From NCBI GenBank assembly GCA_038230675.1, contig JBBRMV010000003.1:33744-97743 (forward strand): a DNA stretch of 64,000 nucleotides, in the 5' to 3' direction. Each line of letters begins with the position of its first letter. Position 1 is the stretch's first letter. Below, in pieces: positions 58,657-64,000 of the stretch. This DNA comes from Sphingomonadales bacterium. Lineage in GTDB: Bacteria; Pseudomonadota; Alphaproteobacteria; Sphingomonadales; Sphingomonadaceae. The notes beneath the pieces were generated by a model. That model was given only the letters and a program-made list of their open reading frames with translations. It ran no database searches and was not told the origin of the DNA. A program made the position numbers and the translations under genes.

Positions 58657-59522
58657 GCCTTGTTACCCTGATCGCCGAGCCCTGGGCCGATTACGGCCTG
58701 GTCGATTCAGGGCATGGCCGAAAGCTCGAACGCTATGGCCGTTTCCGATTCATCCGCCCCGAACCGCAGGCGATGTGGGCGCCCGCATCGGACCGCTGGG
58801 AGGCCGATGGCGATTTCATTGGCGCATCCGATGATGAAGGCGGCGGCAAATGGCATCTTTCCGCCGATGTGCCGCGCGGCGGCTGGCATATCCGCTGGGA
58901 GGAAATGCTTTTTACCGCACAGAACACTCCGTTTCGCCACCTCGCCTTTTTCCCCGACATGGCGCCGCAATGGGAATGGATGCGCGCGCGGGTAACCGAG
59001 GGGGATGAAGTGATGAACCTGTTCGGTTATACCGGGATTGGCACGCTCGCACTGGCCGGCAAGGGCGCGCGGATGACGCACGTCGATGCCAGCAAGAAAT
59101 CGGTCGATGCCGGCAAGGCGAACGCGTTCCTGTCCGACATGGCCGATCGCCCGATCCGCTGGATGGTCGACGATGCCGCCAAATTCACCGCCCGCGAGGT
59201 ACGACGCGGCAAGCGCTATGACGGCATTTTCCTCGATCCGCCCAAATTCGGGCGCGGGCCGACGGGCGAAATCTGGCGGCTCGAGGAGCACCTGCCGGGG
59301 CTTATCTCGGATTGCCGGCGGTTGATGGATGCCGACAGCAAGTTCCTGGTGCTGACGGTCTATGCGGTGCGGATGTCGGCGCTCGCGATCGGCGAACTCG
59401 TGCGTCAGGCGATGGCCGATCTTGGCGGCACGGTGGAGGTCGGCGAGATGGCGGTGCGCGAGGAAGCGCGGGGGCTGTTGCTGCCGACGGCGATTTTTGC
59501 GCGGTGGTCGAGGGCGGGTTAG
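58653..59522 (+). CDS. Class I SAM-dependent methyltransferase (RlmI/RlmK-like)
   Basis: LVDSGHGRKLERYG, NLFGYTG, HVDASKKS, IFLDPPKFGRGP. Confidence 0.85.
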   Translation: MSLVTLIAEPWADYGLVDSGHGRKLERYGRFRFIRPEPQAMWAPASDRWEADGDFIGASDDEGGGKWHLSADVPRGGWHIRWEEMLFTAQNTPFRHLAFFPDMAPQWEWMRARVTEGDEVMNLFGYTGIGTLALAGKGARMTHVDASKKSVDAGKANAFLSDMADRPIRWMVDDAAKFTAREVRRGKRYDGIFLDPPKFGRGPTGEIWRLEEHLPGLISDCRRLMDADSKFLVLTVYAVRMSALAIGELVRQAMADLGGTVEVGEMAVREEARGLLLPTAIFARWSRAG

Positions 59523-59529
59523 GAGAAGG

Positions 59530-59678
59530 TTGGTTCACGCGGAGGCGCGGAGGCGCGGAGAAGAAAAGGCGCCCGAGGCCGGCGATCGGAAGACAATGAT
59601 CGATGCAGACAGGGCGATCCGATGGCATTGAGCGCTGCCGCGCTCGTTTCTCCTCCTCTGCGCCTCTGCGTGAACCAA
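59530..59678. repeat. Paired inverted-repeat element, family A copy 2
   Basis: Left arm 59530-59563 is 33/34 identical to the left arm of copy 1; right arm 59647-59678 is complementary (reverse complement TTGGTTCACGCAGAGGCGCAGAGG...); unrelated 83-bp spacer; between convergent genes. Confidence 0.85.
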
Positions 59679-59685
59679 ATCTTCT

Positions 59686-60324
59686 TCAATCCCGCCCTAC
59701 CCGAATCGCCCCAGCAGCGACGACCGGCGCGCCCACCAGCAGCAACAAAGACACAGCACCAAGCAACTTGAGTGCCGCCGCACCGCCCTCGATCGAGCCA
59801 GCGCCGAAGATGAGCAACGGCACCGCGAGCGGCAGCATCACCAGCCCCGCAACCGCCCCCGCGCCACGCAGCCCCGCCACCAGCGCCCCCGTCGCCACCG
59901 CCAGCGCCGCCAGCCCCGGCGTCCCGATCAGCAAGCCGAGTTCGATTTTGCCAAGCGTTGCGGCATCGATGCCCAGCAACCCCGCGGCAATCACCGCCGC
60001 CACCATCAACGGCGGCCCGAAGCTCAGCCAGTGCGCCGTGATCTTGGCTGCGCTCAGCGCGATCATGCTCCCGCCGCGCACTACGATCTGATCGAGCACG
60101 CCAGCGTCTGCATCGGGTGCCACCAGCCGCTCGATCGGCAGCAGCGCCGCCAGCAGTGCCGCTGCCCAGATCACCCCGCCGCCGATCCGCGCGAGTAGTT
60201 CGCGATCCGGGCCAATGCCGAACGGAAACAGGATGCAGGCGAGCAGGAAAAAAGCGATGGGAAACACCGCCCCGCCGCCGCTCCACGCCCGGCGGACATC
60301 GCGCAGGATGAGGAGCAGCATCAT
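59686..60324 (-). CDS. ccmB: Heme exporter protein B
   Basis: LFPFGIGPD, GVIWAAALLAALL, DADAGVLDQ, LPLAVPLLIFG. Confidence 0.93.
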   Translation of the reverse strand: MMLLLILRDVRRAWSGGGAVFPIAFFLLACILFPFGIGPDRELLARIGGGVIWAAALLAALLPIERLVAPDADAGVLDQIVVRGGSMIALSAAKITAHWLSFGPPLMVAAVIAAGLLGIDAATLGKIELGLLIGTPGLAALAVATGALVAGLRGAGAVAGLVMLPLAVPLLIFGAGSIEGGAAALKLLGAVSLLLLVGAPVVAAGAIRVGRD

Positions 60325-60905
60325 TGCACCCTCCCCGCCAGCTTCATCTCGCGCGCACCCGGCAGCGCGATCGGCTGGTGCGTCGCGACAAGCACGGCGC
60401 CGCCACGGGCCCGGTGGGCGGCGATGATCTCGGCCAACCGCTCGACCGCCGCGACATCGAGGCCACTCGCCGGCTCATCGAGCAACCAGACCGGTGCGCC
60501 GCCCGCAATCAGCGGCGCAAGTGCTGCTCGCCGCCGCTGCCCGGTCGACAGCAACCGCACGGGCACATCGGCGAGGTGCGCCAGCCCGATCTCCGCAAGC
60601 GCTGCATCCACCGCCGCCCCCTCTGCGCCGTCCAGTCTTGCCCAGAACAGCAACGCGTCCGCGAGTTTGCGTTCGGGATCGAGCGCATGCACTTCGCCCA
60701 GAAAACCGCGCGCGACGTCTGCCGTTACCGTCCCAGCGGCTGGCGCGAGCAGCCCGGCGGCGATGCGGATCAGGCTGGATTTGCCAACGCCGTTCGGCCC
60801 ACTGACGATCAGCGCGTCGCCGCCATCGAGCGCGAACGACACATCTTCGAACAACAGCCGCCCGCCGCGCGCACAGGCGACGCGATCGAAGGCCAGCCCG
60901 CTCAC
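60321..60905 (-). CDS. ccmA: Heme exporter ATP-binding protein A
   Basis: [41 protein letters not shown]. Confidence 0.93.
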   Translation of the reverse strand: MSGLAFDRVACARGGRLLFEDVSFALDGGDALIVSGPNGVGKSSLIRIAAGLLAPAAGTVTADVARGFLGEVHALDPERKLADALLFWARLDGAEGAAVDAALAEIGLAHLADVPVRLLSTGQRRRAALAPLIAGGAPVWLLDEPASGLDVAAVERLAEIIAAHRARGGAVLVATHQPIALPGAREMKLAGRVQ

Positions 60906-61291
60906 GCGCCGTCCTCAAGCGCGTGCATATCGGCGTCGGACAGCCCGAAATGATGGCCGACCTCATGGATGACGACGTGCGCGACAAGGTCGGTCAGCGA
61001 GACGCCGGTATCGACCCATTCGTCGAGGATCGCGCGGCGATAAAGGTGGATGCGATCGGGCGTCGCGCCGGAAACCCCCGACTCCTTCTCCCCCACCGGC
61101 CGGCCGTGATACAGGCCGGAAAGCGCGAACGGATCATCGATGCCGAGCGCATCGAGCGTTTCGTCATCGGCGAAATCCTCGACGATCAGCACGATATCGG
61201 CGAGATGCGCGGCAAAGGGCGCGGGCAGCCGGGCAAGCGTGGCGCGCGCGAGCCGCTCGATATCCCCCAAACTCGGCGCTTGCCCCGTCAT
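60902..61291 (-). CDS. Minimal zincin-like metallopeptidase (DUF1025-like); alternative start 61303
   Basis: [31 protein letters not shown] (HExxH); GTGA overlap with ccmA. Confidence 0.88.
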   Translation of the reverse strand: MTGQAPSLGDIERLARATLARLPAPFAAHLADIVLIVEDFADDETLDALGIDDPFALSGLYHGRPVGEKESGVSGATPDRIHLYRRAILDEWVDTGVSLTDLVAHVVIHEVGHHFGLSDADMHALEDGA

Positions 61292-61342
61292 CCCCACCGA
61301 CATAGGCCGGGGAGCAAAGCCACGGCAAGGGAAGCGCACGCG

Positions 61343-61636
61343 ATGATCGAGCAACTGAGCGAAGCCGAACGCGCAGAAGCGCTCGATGGCCTGCCAGACT
61401 GGGATTTCGACGAGGCGCGCGACGCGATCACCCGCAGCCTCGTCTTTGCCGATTTCGTCGAGGCGTTCGGCTTCATGACCCGCGTGGCGCTGTTGGCCGA
61501 AAAAGCCGATCACCACCCCGAATGGTCGAACGTGTGGAACCGCGTGGAAATCGCGCTGACGACACACGACGCCGGCGGCCTGAGCCACCGCGACATCGAT
61601 CTGGCGCAGGCAATCGACGCGATCGTCGGGGATTAG
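61343..61636 (+). CDS. phhB: Pterin-4-alpha-carbinolamine dehydratase
   Basis: [35 protein letters not shown]. Confidence 0.93.
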   Translation: MIEQLSEAERAEALDGLPDWDFDEARDAITRSLVFADFVEAFGFMTRVALLAEKADHHPEWSNVWNRVEIALTTHDAGGLSHRDIDLAQAIDAIVGD

Positions 61637-62424
61637 GTCGACGCCGTCGTGCGCGCCTTTAATTGCTTTCGCAGGCCGCCCGGCATCCAGCGTGCGGCAA
61701 ACATCATGCGCTTTGCCGTCTTGCCGACCGGCGTGTGCAGCCGCTCACCGTGCACCGCATCCCAGGCCGCCTGCGCCACCTCGGCGACAGGCGTGATCTC
61801 CATTCCGCGCTCGACGACAAGGTCGCGCACCGATCGATTGGTGCCGCTCACGCCCGCCTGAATGAGCGGGGTGTCGATGAAGCTCGGCATCAGCGATCGC
61901 ACCTTGATGCCATCGGGCGCCCATTCGCCGTCGAGCGATTCGGTGAGTGCGCGCACGCCGAATTTGGTGACGGCATAGATGCCGATGCCCGCCCCGCCAT
62001 AAATCCCGGCCGCCGATGCGGTGTTGAGCAGGCATGATCCCGGCGTGGCCTTCAGATGCGGATAGCCGATCTTTGCACCATTGATGACGCCCATCAGGTT
62101 GACGCCGACGACCCGGTCGATCTCGTCGAAATCATTGTCGGCAAGCTGCCCGCCGGCAGCGATGCCGGCATTGTTGAACAAAACGTCGATCCGACCGCCG
62201 CTGATCTTCACGAAATCGCCGAGCGTTGCCGCCCACGCATCGCGGTCGCGCACGTCCATGACATGCGTCGATGTCATGCCATCGGGGAGCATCGCTGCGG
62301 TTTCGGCAAGCCCAGCAGCATTCACATCGGCAAGCCCGACGCGCCAGCCCTTGCTCGCGAAAAGCTGCGCAACGGCGCGACCGATGCCCGATCCGCCGCC
62401 GGTGATGAAAATCGCCTTGGTCAT
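61633..62424 (-). CDS. Short-chain dehydrogenase/reductase
   Basis: [19 protein letters not shown] catalytic motif. Confidence 0.92.
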   Translation of the reverse strand: MTKAIFITGGGSGIGRAVAQLFASKGWRVGLADVNAAGLAETAAMLPDGMTSTHVMDVRDRDAWAATLGDFVKISGGRIDVLFNNAGIAAGGQLADNDFDEIDRVVGVNLMGVINGAKIGYPHLKATPGSCLLNTASAAGIYGGAGIGIYAVTKFGVRALTESLDGEWAPDGIKVRSLMPSFIDTPLIQAGVSGTNRSVRDLVVERGMEITPVAEVAQAAWDAVHGERLHTPVGKTAKRMMFAARWMPGGLRKQLKARTTAST

Positions 62425-62467
62425 GATGCTCCCCGTTTGACGTCGCCGCCGTCATCCCGCATCACGC

Positions 62468-63280
62468 ATGCCGATGCCACAAGAATCGCCAATGCCGCAT
62501 ACCGGCAGCACCGGGCCTTCGGTCGGCTTTGAGGGCGTCAGCAAAGTCTATCCCGGTGGCACCGTGGCGGTGGCAGTCGTCTCGATCGACCTCGCCGCCG
62601 GCAGCTTCGTCGCGCTCGTCGGCAGCTCGGGATCGGGCAAATCCACGCTGCTCAAGATGATCAACCGCCTCGTCGAGCCGAGCGAGGGCCGGGTGCTGAT
62701 CGCCGGGCGCCCGGTCGATGAGGATGCGCCGCATCTGCTGCGCCGCCGGATCGGTTATATCTTTCAGAATGTCGGCTTGTTCCCGCACATGACGGTGGCC
62801 GAAAACATCGCGATCGGCCTCAGGATCGGCGGGGCGAAGGATTATGCCGCGCGGATCGGCGATTTGCTCGATCTCGTCGATCTGCCGCGCGATTTCGCGG
62901 GGCGCACGCCCGATGCGCTGTCGGGCGGGCAGCGGCAGCGGGTGGGCGTCGCGCGTGCGCTGGCGACGCAACCCGGCCTGCTGATCATGGACGAACCCTT
63001 TGGCGCACTCGACCCGGTAACGCGCGATCAGCTCGGCGAGGCGATCCGCTCGCTGCACGACCGGCTCGGCCTGACGACGATCATGGTCACGCACGACATG
63101 GCCGAGGCGCTGATTCTTGCCGATCGGGTGATCGTCATGGACAAGGGGCGGATCGTTGCCGATTGCACCCCACGCGCGCTGATCGCCGGAGAGGGCGGGC
63201 CCGAGGCGGATGCGCTGGTTGCCGTGCCGCGCGAACAGGCCCGGCGGCTGCGCGCGCTCGAGGATGGCAGCGCGGCATGA
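62468..63280 (+). CDS. Osmoprotectant (OpuA/ProV-like) ABC ATP-binding protein
   Basis: GSSGSGKSTLLKMINRL, GYIFQNVGLFPHMT, LSGGQRQRVGVARAL, MDEPFGALDPVTR. Confidence 0.9.
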   Translation: MPMPQESPMPHTGSTGPSVGFEGVSKVYPGGTVAVAVVSIDLAAGSFVALVGSSGSGKSTLLKMINRLVEPSEGRVLIAGRPVDEDAPHLLRRRIGYIFQNVGLFPHMTVAENIAIGLRIGGAKDYAARIGDLLDLVDLPRDFAGRTPDALSGGQRQRVGVARALATQPGLLIMDEPFGALDPVTRDQLGEAIRSLHDRLGLTTIMVTHDMAEALILADRVIVMDKGRIVADCTPRALIAGEGGPEADALVAVPREQARRLRALEDGSAA

Positions 63281-64000
63281 GCAGCCCGTTCTTCGATGCA
63301 ATGGCGCGGGTGCCCGATCTGCTGGCGGCGCATGTGCTGCTCGCGGCTTCATCGCTGGCGCTCGGGCTCATCATCAGCCTGCCGCTCGCGATCTGGTCGG
63401 CCCGGCGACCGCTGGTGGCGCGCGCGGCGCTCGGGTTTGCAAGCCTTGTCCAGACGATCCCGAGCCTTGCGTTGCTCGCACTATTCTATCCGCTGTTGCT
63501 ATCGCTGTCGGCAATGGTCGGCGGCGGCATTCCCGCGCTCGGTTTCCTGCCGTCGTTGCTCGCCCTGACCCTTTACGCGCTGCTGCCAATCCTCAGGAAC
63601 GGCGTCACCGGGCTGACCGGTATCGATCCGGCGATCATCGAGGCGGCCGACGGCGTCGGCATGACGAGCTGGCAAAAGCTCGGCCTGGTCGAGGCACCGC
63701 TCGTCTCGCCGGTGTTGATGGCGGGTATCCGCACGGCGGCGGTATGGACGATCGGCGCGGCGACATTGTCCACCACGGTCGGGCAGCCGAGCCTTGGCGA
63801 CATGATCTTTGCCGGGCTCCAGACGCAGAACTGGGCGCTGGTGCTTGCCGGTTGCCTCACCGCCGCAACGCTGGCGCTGGTGGTCGATGCGCTGCTCGGC
63901 GTCGTCGAACACGGCATCGCCCATCGCAAACGCATCCGCGCCTTCTTGGCGGTCGGTGTGCTGGTTGCCGGCATCCTGGTCGCGCTCGCGCCGATGCTAC
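63277..64000 (+). CDS. Osmoprotectant ABC permease (3' truncated; may continue into a substrate-binding domain)
   Basis: Manual frame from ATG 63277: QTIPSLALLA, LYALLPILRNGVTGL, IEAADGVGMT, VEAPLVSPVLMAGIR, GQPSLGDMIF. Confidence 0.88.
   Translation, partial: MSSPFFDAMARVPDLLAAHVLLAASSLALGLIISLPLAIWSARRPLVARAALGFASLVQTIPSLALLALFYPLLLSLSAMVGGGIPALGFLPSLLALTLYALLPILRNGVTGLTGIDPAIIEAADGVGMTSWQKLGLVEAPLVSPVLMAGIRTAAVWTIGAATLSTTVGQPSLGDMIFAGLQTQNWALVLAGCLTAATLALVVDALLGVVEHGIAHRKRIRAFLAVGVLVAGILVALAPML

Noticed and set aside
48554-59678. GGAGGCGC repeats as a possible CRISPR array
   Set aside because: Repeats are inverted pairs 11 kb apart, not direct repeats with regular spacers, and no cas genes are present.
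59519-60286. 255-aa minus-strand ORF ending [13 protein letters not shown], and the N-terminal extension of acpS to 48622
   Set aside because: These peptides are translations of the family-A repeat arms or of an alternative ccmB frame, not credible proteins.
1-64000. tRNA, rRNA, integrase, transposase or prophage genes
   Set aside because: None recognised; coding density is high and intergenic gaps are accounted for by promoters, the riboswitch, a terminator and repeats.

Overview
This is a GC-rich alphaproteobacterial chromosome segment; gene content and synteny point to Sphingomonadaceae, probably Sphingomonas. Most of it is core genome: proA-nadD-rsfS-rlmH-envC-ctpA-dsbB-coq7, ptsP-rodZ-cpoB-tilS-ftsH, lysC/ubiG, phoD, pyrE-pdxJ-acpS-lepB, an aa3-type cytochrome c oxidase operon running into thrC, ccmAB and an osmoprotectant-type ABC transporter truncated at the right edge. 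I saw no rRNA, tRNA, CRISPR array, transposase or prophage gene. Four things stand out. (1) An uncharacterised import/catabolic locus at 1-9.1 kb encodes a TonB-dependent receptor, a Tat-exported nitrilase-fold enzyme with Ser where the catalytic Cys is expected, SnoaL-like, DUF1330, two VOC, MFS, YciI and DUF1838 proteins; three copies of the palindrome ATWTGTCYGGACAARYT sit at its three promoter regions. (2) A ZMP/ZTP (pfl) riboswitch lies directly upstream of an isocyanide-hydratase-like DJ-1/PfpI gene, an unusual target for this riboswitch class. (3) Two families of paired inverted-repeat (REPIN-like) elements are present. (4) There is an RHH/ParE toxin-antitoxin pair inserted between proA and nadD, and two GT-C/GT4 envelope glycosylation modules. 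All family assignments are from motif recognition by eye, not database searches.
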